Shown here in pieces: positions 53,301-64,000 of a DNA stretch of 64,000 nucleotides. Origin of the DNA: Tubulanus polymorphus. Its lineage: Eukaryota; Animalia; Nemertea. The notes under the pieces were generated by a model, which did no database searches, was not told the origin of the DNA, and was given only the letters and a program-made list of their open reading frames with translations. Made by a program: the position numbers and the translations under genes. Position 1 is the first letter of the stretch. Each line of letters starts with the position of its first letter. The stretch lies in the NCBI RefSeq assembly GCF_964204645.1, contig NC_134034.1, positions 12,598,962-12,662,961 on the forward strand, given 5' to 3'.

Positions 53301-56300
53301 GAACTATGGAGCTGGGTTCAGAGTTTAATACGTGGACTGTTAGCCAAATCTATAACAGTTACAAATGGCAAACTAACTAAATTTCTGATCATTATGACAT
53401 CTGGAGCGGGTTCCACTGTTTCACGGTTCTGTTCACAGAGTCGAACTGAACCGGGAACCGAGTCCGGGAGTCCTGATTCCTTGTTTTCAGTTATTTAATG
53501 CTTCACGCTGCGACGAGCTCCAAAACAAACAACCAAACGATTCTTTTTCTTTCCTTTCCGTTTTTTATTTTCGATTTATTTATTTTTTTCATTTCGTTTT
53601 CACCGTTGCCAGAAATTCTCGATCCGTTTGCGGTGGATTTATGCGACAGGTGCTGCCACCTGGAGACAATGAGCAGCAGTAGCAGTGGGGTTATCAAAGG
53701 TGCGCCGTCTAGTGGGCATGTCGTTTTACAGCATCTTATATACAATCAACGATGTAGCTCTACTTATGAAGAGAACCCTTTAAGCAGACGGCATTAAACT
53801 TTTGACCAGTCGGTTTATTGGGGTCGAGTTCTGACTGGATGAACCCCATAGAACACCTATATGAACTATTTAACCCCTCAAATTTTGCGAAATTGGATTA
53901 AGACCTGGTTTTTGTAATAACAGTGTTCTCGGACATTGTTCCCTTAAGTGACAGGGTTCTCTCAGTTGCAAGGTTCCCTGGCTGGGTTCTCTCAGTGACA
54001 GGGTTCTCTCAGTTGTAGGGTTCCCTGGCGTGACAGGGTTGGGTTCTCTAAATGAAGTAGGTTGTTACATTGTTGTTTATGGGGTAATGGTGAAAACTGC
54101 TGCATGAACCAATTCTACTCTGTCTAACTCACTCACGGCTGACTGACTGTCTCAATCTGTCCTCAAGTGTCCCTCATTGTCTAACTCAATACTGTGAGGG
54201 GCTGTCTGAATCTGTGTCCCTCATTGTCTAACTCATTACTGTGACTTGAGGGACTAAATTGTATACTGTGTCCATACTAACATCGAATCTGCTTGTAGGT
54301 TGTCTGTCTATTTAGAACCGGCCCCTCCTCCTCCCTCCTCCCTCCTCCTCCTATTCAGCCAGACAATTGCTTTATTTTCCGCTGAATATTTCTAGGTTTG
54401 CAGGTTCCCACCTATTTCACAGAAAAAAAGGAATTCTACTATTCATATATAAAACACCATTTTTTGTGAAAAGCCCAAATATTGACCTCTGGTCATTTCT
54501 CATTATGTAATCTCTGTACAGGTTATTAGCAGACGGCTAAACTCGAAATAAATATCGGATTAGAAATTCTGATTACCTGTTTAGACCCTATTATAGTCTG
54601 CTATACTCTGCCATTATATAGAGCATGATGCTTACCTATATATAAATATATATATATATATGAATCTAATGAAGTGCGTCTGTTCTCTCCTGTGCTGCCA
54701 CCTATTGATAGACGATGTCGATTCAATACGATCGTTGGATGAGTTGAAAACCTACACGTGTAACGCTAATTCTACCAACAAGTGCAATGGTAATGGTATG
54801 TCCATATGTTTCTGTGGTGTGTACCTATATTCTATTGTTGTACAATTTTTTCCGGTTTTTTTTTTCTTACATTTTTCGACGATGATCTTTTTCGTTTTTC
54901 GTACACGTGTGGAAGTCATACCAGACGGATCGCTACGCTTGATAATGTCTTCGGTTGAAATTTAGCGGCTGCGGTCGCTGAAATGTTAGTCAGACTTAAC
55001 CAGTGGATAGTTGACATAAGCCGCGATCACACGTGCATTTTTGGCCCGTGCCAAATTTGGCCCGGAACAACTGTTCACACGGTTGCCAAATGGGCCGGGG
55101 CTTGTTTGGCCCGGGCCAAAAAGTCTCCGTGTGAACGCGGCTATAGTGACAATTAAAAGTCTATTGTTACTAAGGTATTTATCCGCTGGTTATCTTTAAC
55201 CGACCTTTGAGCGACTGACCAACTGATTGGAAATAAAATGGTTTCCTTACAACGGGATCCTCTCAATTTCCTCCTATGACATCACCGATCACTGACAGTT
55301 TTGATGATGTCATAGTGGGGTTTATGAACGTGAACGTGGCCATTTTTCTGCGAGGCTTTATGCATATATACAGGGACTCGGTCGTTTATTTGTGAATCAG
55401 TCGCGATCGCTGCATTCGTTCATCGATTCACAAATATTTGAACTGAAATTGAATTTTAAAATTAACGGTCGTTTAACTGTAAAATTTAAATGTTTAGCTA
55501 GTTATCGACGTCCGCTTACTTACAGAGATATTGTCGTCCGAGACGACGCGATAAAGTTTTTTGCGTTTCAATTCTTCTATCTTTAGATGTCGAATGGTTT
55601 CTTTCGGGCCAGTTGTTCGGTCACATGACTCGAAGTTAATTCTTGATACGCGTTGTAGATCGAAGTCGCTACTGAACAACTGGTGCCCGAATCTTTAAAT
55701 TTCAGTCTTACAAATTCGTTTAAGTTTTGACTATAAACATAAAACTAAGAATTCAACTAAGAATTTCAGATTCATTTGATTAAATAAAATTTGTACCGGT
55801 AAATGTCAGAAATAAACTTGTCACGATGCTTGAATGAATTTCACATATAGGCTATATATACATGTACGCGTGCGCATAATTAGCACACTAGCGCCATCTA
55901 TCTACGACTATATGAATTAAAAGCTGATCACGTCTGCTCTGTTCTCACTGTATCTCACTCACTCTCTCACTGTTACTCCTCACTCACGCAGATCGACTCG
56001 GCTCGTACACTGAGTCCGTCGACGGCAGCCAGTGGTCGCTGAAAGAATCCATGAAGTCACACGACGGCGACGACCTTGACGATGACCTTGACAAACAGGG
56101 TATGTCGTTATCTATATTTGGTAGGTGTTGTGAAACTCCCGTTTTTTTTTTAATTTCATTTTTCCGCCGTCGCCAGATGCACGCCGTCCAGATGCACGCA
56201 CTGTGCTAGCGTAGCAGACGCGCTGCACTGGTGCAGCAGACGCTCTCAACACTCCACGCATGTTCGTAGATGTAGTTTGATGTGATGTTTAGAACCCTTG

Positions 56301-59300
56301 AATCCAGTTCTTCAGTTCACACGGTTCAATGTGACTCTCTTAATGTTAAAATCAGTTCATTCGCGAATGTTTTTAATTTCGGGAGTCGAATTCTAAACCG
56401 AAGAACCGAGATTTAAAAAAAAGCATTTCAACTTTATTTGTATCATTGCAACTATTTGTGTTTGTTCATTGTCTCCGTCAATATACTACCCCTCCCCTCC
56501 TCCAGTCTGTTTCGTTTTGATTTAATCACTCCACCTATTGACAAATGATGGTACTATAAACCCGGCTATGTAACCCCCTCCCTTAGTGAATATAAGTGGC
56601 CTGTTTGTCTTGGTGATTGGTATTTTATGTCTATGTCTGATCTCAGGTTTCTGAATATATTTTTATATTTTTATTCTTGTGTTTGTAGAGGCAGCTATTG
56701 TTGTATCGATTCCCGTTTCAGTCTGTTTTTGTGTATTGCATCGAGCACGTATCACACCTATCCGTCGCACGGCTTGCTTCAACGCAACTCAGTAGAATAT
56801 TGTCTAGTTCAGAAATTCACCAAATTTTACAAAACTTTTTCTTCTTACAGAGCAGGGAATCGATAAGAATTGGTTTGATAGTTTGATTTTAATCAGTCTG
56901 GATCCAGTTTCACGGTTCGTGATTAGAATTCGACCGTTTGAGGGTTAAATCGTAAATTAAGAACTGTAGGACTGGATCCCGACAATACAGGGGCTGCGGT
57001 TACTCAAAGGTTGGTTAAAGATAATCGGTGGTTAGATACCATAGTAACGATGAACTTTTGATTGTCACTATGTCAACCATCCACTGGTTAGCTTTAACCA
57101 ACTTTTCAGCAACTGCCGCCCCGACCGATAGTCCAATCTGTATCTGAAATAGTCATAGGAGATTCAAATGAAGACCCTATCGGTATTTTTTCTTTATAAG
57201 TCAGCGCACTAATCGATGTTTCAAATGTGTTTTAGGCGATAACGATTTTGCCGAGGTTTACGACTACGTCGGCCAGCAGGCGGCAGCATCGGCCGCGGCG
57301 TACAGCTCGAACACGACGACCGAGTATAAAGACTACGGTAACGATATAATCGGCGAGTGTACGGCGTTGTACGATTACGCGGCGACGCAGAGCGATGAGT
57401 TATCACTGAGACAAGGTAAACACATTCCCGTCTGCTGCTTATTGCGATTAGTTTCTCAAACAAATGCTAGAGTGCGCCACTGTATGGTGTTAGATATCTC
57501 CCTAATACCGGTTTATATGATACAGTGTGCGATTAAATATTCAAGTCGCAGCCGTCTGCTGCTTATTGCGATTAGTTTCTCAAACAAATGCTAGAGTGCG
57601 CCACTGTATGGTGTTAGATATCTCCCTAATACCGGTTTATATGATACAGTGTGTGATTAAATATTCAAGTCGCAGCCGTCTGCTGCTTATTGCGATTAGT
57701 TTCTCAAACAAATGCTAGAGTGCGCCACTGTATGGTGTTAGATATCTCCCTAATACCGGTTTATATGATACAGTGTGCGATTAAATGTTCAAGTCGCAGC
57801 CCTTTGTAAACAGCTCGAATAGGGGAAATGTTTGATGAGTGAGGTGTGGAATATAGTCCCGCTTCATGAAAAAGCTTAAGCTTAAAATGATTCAGTTTGT
57901 CCTCATTTTTCCTTTGATTTCAAGAGAAATTCGCCCAAATTAACTGCTCGCAGAAAACCTATTTTCGTACCTGACGATAGCAACTAAACCAACAAGTTTA
58001 ACTGTTTCTCATGAAACTGGGGCCTGAAATATAAGATCATTACTACAATAGGGTGCGCCACTTTATGGTGTTATATATAAAAGGTGTAGGCACTAATAGT
58101 TACAGGTGATTTGTCTCTTATTGCTCAGTTTATATGGATGAGGTGAGTGAGTGATAGGGAGGTTTATCCCCCCTCGAAGGTCTGAGTGCTAGAGGGGGAG
58201 GGGAAGTTTTTAAATGTTGTCTGTATGTTTTGATATAGAAGATTTATTTTGACTATAATCGCGCCCCAGTTGGCCCCCGCCTCACCCCCTCCCCCTAAAA
58301 CTTCTTTTCGTTCGAATTCACTAAAGAATGATTTTAGTTATAATTTTGTCGAGCACAATAACACTCTTGAAGCAGAAATTACGTCACATGACTGAACATG
58401 AGTGACGTATTATAGCTCCGCCCCTATTTACGACTCATCTACGTGCTTGGCTTGTATGATATTAGCTTGCATTGAAAGTTGGAACGGCCAGAATTCAGTT
58501 GTTAACTGCATGATAAAACAGCTTCGAGAATCATTTCATATCGTTGTAATTAGGATGAAACGGACTGTGGTCCGGGGGTCGATCCAGAGCCCCCTTAAAC
58601 CAGGGAGCAGTCTGAATTAAGCCCGTTATAAGCCCCGGCCCTGGATCTACCCCTGGCGAGCGATGGATGTGCTGTAATTTCACACAGAATCACCTGTCAT
58701 TCATTGATACATGTTACTGTTAGTGCTTACACCTTCGTACATGATCAAACTTCATCACATTTCAATTATTTCATTTTGTATAGACTCGATTTCAGCATGT
58801 GGTCAATAACTGACCAGTAACTGACCAGTGGCTGGTCAGCTACTGGTCAGCAGATGTATAATTGATTTAGATTTAATCTTCATTGTCCAATAGATTGCTT
58901 GCCAATGATATTCTCAAATTAAAATCCCTCAGAATCAGATCCCTCCCTCCTACCTTGCTGCTTCTCTCTGCATTCCTCCCTCTGTCCTGTCCTTCCCTGA
59001 CTCCCTACTCTACCTACCTCCCTCCCTGCCTCCTCTCTATCCCTCTTTTCCTCCCTATTACCTGCCTCCCTCCCTCCCCTCACTCCCTATTTCCCTCTTT
59101 CCACTCTCCCCCCTGCCCCCATTACCTGCCTCCATCCCTCTTTTCCTCCCTATTTCCATCCATACCTGCCTCCCTCCCTCCCCTCGTTCCCTATTTTCCT
59201 CTTTCCACTCACCCTGTCCCTCCCTCTTTATCCCCCCAGATTTCAGTTCAATACAAATTATCCTTGAAAAATATTAAATATCAGATTTTGCTGTTTTTGT

Positions 59301-59424
59301 AGGAGACGTGATACAGATCATCCACAAACACGAGGACGGCTGGTGGTACGGCGAAAAACCCGATAAATCACGCGGAATGATACCAGCTACTTACGTTACC
59401 GAGGTCAACAATACGAACAGTTAA
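23252..59424 (+). CDS. NOSTRIN: NOSTRIN-like F-BAR / HR1 / SH3 adaptor protein
   Basis: One variable first exon, then constant exons: 41042-41127, 41681-41761, 45156-45218, 45928-46009, 46101-46163, 46887-47111, 47183-47290, 47681-47800, 48485-48593, 50310-50398, 52363-52491, 52971-53115, [53613-53699, 54712-54795, 55992-56099], 57236-57415, 59303-59424. F-BAR: GFDELRRYIKSGNEFCKEVSAIMQDRSEIELNYAKNL. HR1: EKKGREGVEKLMEVY. SH3: CTALYDYAATQSDELSLRQGDVIQIIHKHEDGWWYG...GMIPATYV. Confidence 0.85.
25072..25185 (+). CDS. NOSTRIN-like candidate alternative first exon 1b
   Basis: MLSNVGYKMCSMMLCMKS...; phase-0 donors AAG|GTCGGT (25170) or AAG|GTAAAT (25185). Confidence 0.5.
25495..26192. repeat. Compound minisatellite: 19-21-bp GGAGGACTGTAGGTTCTACA units changing to 26-bp GGAGGACTGTAGGTTGTATAGGATTA units
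   Basis: Directly visible tandem units. Confidence 0.93.
29586..30030. repeat. CT-rich polypyrimidine low-complexity tract
   Basis: About 450 bp of almost only C/T. Similar tracts at ~44670-44820 and ~58940-59240. Confidence 0.9.
30600..30877. repeat. 28-bp minisatellite GGGGCCCAGATCTGACATCCACTCGAGC, about 10 copies
   Basis: Near-perfect tandem units that start at the end of a family-B-like element (30437-30605, itself duplicated at 30246-30435). Confidence 0.93.
31556..31854. mobile_element. MITE family G (AGCCGCGATCACACG...GATCGCGGCT), 3-bp ATA TSD
   Basis: ATA on both flanks. A shorter copy at 55019-55142, also with ATA TSD, is inserted in a family B MITE. Confidence 0.8.
33470..33620 (-). 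mobile_element. tRNA-derived SINE-like head
   Basis: Minus strand GTGGTCTAGTGGTTAGG (A box) ... GGTTCAAATCC (B box), without a complete acceptor stem. Confidence 0.55.
34540..34668 (+). CDS. NOSTRIN-like candidate alternative first exon 1c
   Basis: MYQTLRRRSSLGGKFEYSGRRNNKEEWDDDDKYKATCGLEMLK|GTATGT, phase 0; TATAAATA at 34513. Confidence 0.55.
34698..35015. repeat. ~25-bp minisatellite CCTGGAGCTAGTGCTGCCCCCTATA
   Basis: About 12 units that degenerate toward the 3' end; starts 30 bp after the exon 1c donor. Confidence 0.88.
36934..37008 (+). CDS. NOSTRIN-like candidate alternative first exon 1d
   Basis: MGEGCFQPMSTMWTLRSTKFYRKHA|GTAAGT, phase 0. Confidence 0.45.
38396..38647 (+). CDS. NOSTRIN-like candidate alternative first exon 1e
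   Basis: MSDEEDAESVCSSRRRTSS...; CpG-rich, coding-like composition; phase-0 donors TGC|GTAAGT (38617) and CAG|GTGAGC (38647). Confidence 0.62.
39004..39231. repeat. ~77-bp tandem repeat, 3 copies
   Basis: Unit CACAGTACAAACCCCTGTCCTAGTAGACACATCC...GAGACTCTGT. Confidence 0.88.
40327..40440 (+). CDS. NOSTRIN-like candidate alternative first exon 1f (GC-AG donor)
   Basis: AAAATGGCG start; MAQEYIKRKLERKRSRVLVEMKQKFGSTDWLECDLMDQ|GCAAGT, a phase-0 GC donor with otherwise perfect consensus. Confidence 0.55.
41756..44462 (+). repeat. 34-35-bp G-rich minisatellite (~75 copies) built from an exon/intron junction
   Basis: Unit TATCGG-GTAAGAGATATAGAGGGGGGTTGATGTTT. The first unit overlaps the real donor at 41761/41762. 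Confidence 0.95.
46532..46802. mobile_element. Tandem pair of MITEs (family H + family A)
   Basis: CAG-GGTCCAGTTTC...GAAACTGGGCC-CTG-GGGCCAGTTGC...GCAACCGACCC-CAG. Family H also at ~51063-51190 and ~57857-58025. Confidence 0.75.
47808..48445. repeat. 40-bp minisatellite AAACTGCTCGTTTGAACTCATCTCTCAAATCTCATATCGT, about 15 copies
   Basis: Fills nearly the whole intron 47801-48484. Confidence 0.93.
48825..49235. repeat. 20-bp minisatellite CCACAACTGTGGAACTGGAT
   Basis: About 20 degenerate units; the unit matches the terminus of MITE family I. Confidence 0.88.
57429..57801. repeat. 124-bp tandem repeat, 3 copies
   Basis: Units start at 57429, 57553 and 57677, just after the SH3 exon donor. Confidence 0.92.
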
Positions 59425-59992
59425 CGATAACCGTTACCGTAGTAACGCGATACGATGTCATCAAACGTACAACTTATACTCCACCGACGCTACGTGGATT
59501 CTGATTGGCTGATATTTATAAACGATAACAGTTTAATTGACTTAGAATAGTTCATATAGTTCGTAGTGTGCTGTGGGGTATATCGTTTGTCGTAGTGGCC
59601 ACCAGATGGCGCGTGCAGTGGTCGGTGTATAGTCTATTGGTCAGTGATTGGTCAGTGAAAGTGTGATTTTGTAAAATAAAATAGGTCGGACAATATTTCT
59701 AGTCAAGCTCTGAATTCTTGAGCATTCTGAACCATGGAGAGACAAGAATTACTCAGCTAAGGAATTGTGGGATATCGAATCTGCTCTGCTCCAATCAGCT
59801 TTCTGCTCAGATTTACATAAATATACTTATAACCAATCGGATCTGTTGTGCTCAGATCTCGACGACGAAGCGTCTGCTTAAAACTCGATGAATTTGTGGA
59901 ATTTATTAGAAATGAACTGTGAACAGTCTGTGAATTCGAAAACATTTTCAACTCTAAAAACTGTGTTTTCTAATCTACTTCTTGTACTTAGC

Positions 59993-60023
<31 letters not shown>

Positions 60024-62689
60024 AATTATGATATTATAATTTACTTGTTGGAATATTCTGCAGAATTAAATGTGTATCCTTGTGGACATAGTTCCACACA
60101 ATTCAGGACCCAGTTCCAAAGTTGCGAGTTAATTGATTTGAAGTGAACTACAGTCAACACCCGATGGACTGCACTGATTGTACTGATATCAGTGACTTAG
60201 GATTTCAGCAGTATCGGGGTCCAGTGGCTTAGTCATGGCTTAGATTCAAGTCCATCCTTAGCTCATTTTGGTTCTAAGTCCAATCTAACAGCTTGAGACC
60301 AGTCTAAGCTCATTTTGGTTCTATAACAAATCTAACAACTTAAGACCAGTCTAAGCTCATTTTGGTTCTATAACCAATCTAACAACTTAAGACCGGTCTA
60401 AGCTGATTTTGGTTCTATAACCAATCTAACAACTTGAGACCAAGTCTAAGCTCATTTTGGTTCTAAGTCCAATCTAACAGCTTAAGACCAGCCTCAGTTG
60501 ATTTTTTGGTTCTATAGCCAATCTATCAATTTAAGACCAAGTCTTAAGATTTAAGATCACTTTTAGACTAAAGTCACAACTGGGCCCTGGCGTTGCCGGT
60601 GAGAATAGCAGTAGTTTCGGGCGGTTGACTACAATTTCAACTGAAATCTAACGGTAAAATACGTGGAACTGAAACCAGGGTCGACGAAAACCAGAGAAAA
60701 TCAATGCAAAATGTTGAACCATGCTAAATCGATGTAATAATCATCTATCTGCGAAAAGTGATGATAGACGAAGAATAGTTTTTGCACTTTTTTCTCTCAT
60801 AAATGTTTTATAAATGTTTGATTCGAATCAATGCAATATTGAAATGAGGACCAGAGAATGATGAAACGTGTTGTGTGTATATTTCGATGAACGGAGATTC
60901 TGCCGTTTTAAATTTTACCCGCGCGCCACAATTTTCCATGACGTAATTTTAAGACGAAATGATTGTCGGCGTTTGATGAATTATGTGACTACCCCACCGG
61001 ACCGGTGCTTGCGCCGTGTCTTATAGAAAATAAAACCTAAAAAATAGCTCGAAACGGCTGTAATTTATTTTTGCAAGTTTCAAGCGTAAAAGAAATGCGA
61101 ATTTCTGTCGCACGTAGAAAATAAATTGTGGCTAGTTTGAATCTGGTATGAAATGTGGCTTATAGATTAATTCATATTTCCTAATTTATTCATCAAAATG
61201 TTCGTAAAAGTTTGGCTTCTATCTATACCCGGAGGTCAGTATAGCTGAAAAGTTGGTAAAGGTTTGATCACCACCAGTGGATAACCGACTTATAGTGACG
61301 ACAATAAAAACTCTATTTTCACCTCGATGATTTGTTCAACCGGTCGACTACAAACAACTTTAAGTAACTGACCCCCGTAATGGATGTTTACTGAAGGTCA
61401 CACTCCGAGTTGGTAGGAACAGACGGATTCTTGTAGTTTCTAATGATTAAAGTTGTTTAATGATTTTATACTATGTACAGTTAGTTATTGCCGGTGTCAG
61501 TCTGAAGACTTTAATCAAAGCATTTTCATTTTTATTTTTGAGTCACAATTATTTTCATCGTTTGTATTATGAATTTCTGCTTTTTAGTTCGTTGTTGAAT
61601 TATGTACGAATATAATTTATTTAATTTACGGATGTTGCACCAATCACACAGCAGACTACGTGCTACGAGTAACTATGGTGATCCGAATTTACCCCGATGA
61701 CAGAAGGGGTTTTTAGGTTATTTACATTGCGCATATAAACTGAATGCTTTCGGGAACCAGTTCCACAAATGTTGTGAAAGATTTTAATTTACTAGAATTA
61801 AAACGTTTTGCACCATGGGATCCTGAACAGTGAATTGTTCTCTAGGAAAGTGAAGTAAAATGAATTTAAGTGAACGTGTTTGAATATTGTATGTACTGGT
61901 GACATATTTATCAATTAATTCACTCAGAATCTCCGAGACCCATACTTACACATTAGTGTATATGGGCACTGAGGCCCAGGGTACAGGTGCTAAGGCACTG
62001 AGACCCCGAGGGCACAGACCGAGTGTACAGACACAAAGGCCCACACAGGCGATGAGACCCATAGTACGGGCACTAGGGCCGAATGTACAGGCATTGAGGT
62101 TGCAAACCACTGCCAAACTGGAGTTTCTAGAATAGAAAATATTAGAACCATTTTTCACTGGTTTCAAATCAGAATTTCTCTAAGCTTAATACAAATAGAT
62201 CAAAGTCTTAATGAAGTGACTATATGTGTGAGGTAGGTGCTTGGGGACTGGGATAGATAAATAGTACCGATGCAGTAATTTGTGATTCTATATGTGTGTA
62301 TGAGTGATTCAAGTTCTGTACGTTCAACGTATTCTGATTTAGTTTCAATTTGTGGCGTGAGAATATTGTGTACATTTTGTATAAAAAGCTGTAATCTCTG
62401 AATCTCTGTATATTGATACTATACTCTACTATAAGCTACCGGTACGCTATAATGTTTGTATATTTTGTGTGTGCCAAGGTCATCGATGCAATTGTTAAAT
62501 AATTTCGCCTCTGCCAACGCTGTTCATAATGATGTTGTTATGTTTTTGTTAACGAAGTTCACGCTGGACTCGAGAGAGTGTCGGGGAAGATTTACGCGGG
62601 CCAGGGACGAAATTGGACCCGGAACTTCCCTCGAACTGTGCGCTTCATCTGTGGTTGCAAATGAGACTCGAGATATCTTGTAGGAGCAA

Positions 62690-63110
62690 AGAGAACTAGC
62701 CCGAGGCTATGGCAACTAGTCCAATACTGGAATCTAGCCCAAGACTATGTAATTTAGCCCAGTACTATGGGGTCCCATCAAGTACTATGGAATCTAGCCC
62801 AAAACTATGGAATTTAGCCTGGTTACTTTCGGATCAAACCCAGTGCTATGGAATCTAGCCCCAGACTATGTCAACTAGCCCAAGACAATGGTATTTAGCC
62901 TGGTACTATGGGATCCAACCCAGTACTATGGGATCTTGGAGTGATCATTTGAAATTTCAAATGATTACTCCAATATGGGAGCATGCCCAGTACTATGGAA
63001 TCTAGCCCAAGACAATGGTATTTAGCCTGGTACTATGTGATCTAACCCAGTAGTATGGAATATAGCCCAGGCTGCGAAAACAAGCCCAGTATTATGGAAG
63101 CTAGCCTAGT
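62690..63110. repeat. Degenerate ~20-bp tandem repeat (CTAGCCCAGTACTATGGAAT)
   Basis: Visible periodicity, interrupted by a palindrome at ~62938-62972. Confidence 0.7.
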
Positions 63111-63681
63111 CGAATACTATTGAGATATCTCTCGAGTGGAACAGTTATTGCTTAGTTCCTCAAAATGTGAACTGAACAGACGTTGAGTCTACCGTGTATT
63201 ATTGCTGCTCTCTGCTTTCCGGTCAAATTGTGCCTCGTCTTTAAGCGAGAATTTATTGTGATTTACTTTGTAATTTAGATTGTAAATTTCATTTGGATAA
63301 TTAATTAATTAATTAATTGATAATAATTAACGATATGATTGTACGATGGAATCAACAATTAATTGAATATGAATTTGTAAATAGAAACGAAATATGAAAA
63401 AATAAAACTAAATTCTTATGTAAAAATCTGTTTGGAACTAGTATTTTTTCAAATGGCAGTTGAGGATATTTGGACCCACAAAAGAGCTATTCCCAACCAG
63501 GACCCTACAAGTTTTTATCATAAAAATGTACACTTATAAAAATATCTTTGTTGAGGTGTAATCTCAAACGTCGGTCTACTTTTTAGAAGGAGGATACTTT
63601 GACCGCAATTAAAACGCTTAAAATAATTTTAGATCATAGATGATTACTAATTCTGAAAGTGTTCGAAATTACGGATTCGAA

Positions 63682-63770
63682 CCGGTCGGTCTCGATCGAG
63701 TGTCGTAAGTCGTAAGTCTGATGTCTGATGATGATCACGAGTGGCGGGTTCGAATCCCACATTAAACCAC
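63682..63770 (+). pseudogene. Degenerate tRNA-like sequence (B box GGGTTCGAATCCCAC)
   Basis: Intact T arm/B box, but no complete cloverleaf can be built. Confidence 0.3.
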
Positions 63771-64000
63771 GCGCCCACGGTGACTACGAATTTACCATCA
63801 CACGTGAACGCGGAAATATTATGAAACATTTTAGGCTCGACAGAGTTTTCGCCAGAAATCGAAATCGTTCGTAAACGTCGAAATGACGACAGAAAACTTT
63901 GTCGGACTCGTTCAGAAAAATCTCGAATGCTCGATATGGTGAGTCTAGAATAAACAACTTCTGCTGCTAATTACGTCACGATAGAAACTCAACTTTAATG

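Overview
This is intron-rich eukaryotic (invertebrate animal-like) genomic DNA, not prokaryotic, so most ORF-track entries are spurious or exon fragments. Manual splicing gives five protein genes. (1) A kinesin-3 of the KIF28 type on the minus strand (ATG 9368, 22 exons, runs off the left edge); its first intron is a U12-type AT-AC intron. (2) MSL1 on the plus strand, head-to-head with the kinesin, with a tRNA-Asn(GTT) gene antisense in its probable first intron. (3) WDR12 on the minus strand (11 exons). (4) An intronless TAF1A ORF nested on the SAME strand in WDR12 intron 3. It has an in-frame splice acceptor and its own polyA signals, so it may be an alternative terminal exon or a WDR12-TAF1A chimera. 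(5) A NOSTRIN-like F-BAR/HR1/SH3 gene on the plus strand, with about six candidate alternative first coding exons. It also carries a ~2.7 kb minisatellite made of copies of its own 5' splice site. Introns hold several MITE families (some nested, with clear TSDs), tRNA-derived elements and many tandem repeats. All exon coordinates and homology calls were made by eye from remembered family motifs; no searches were run.
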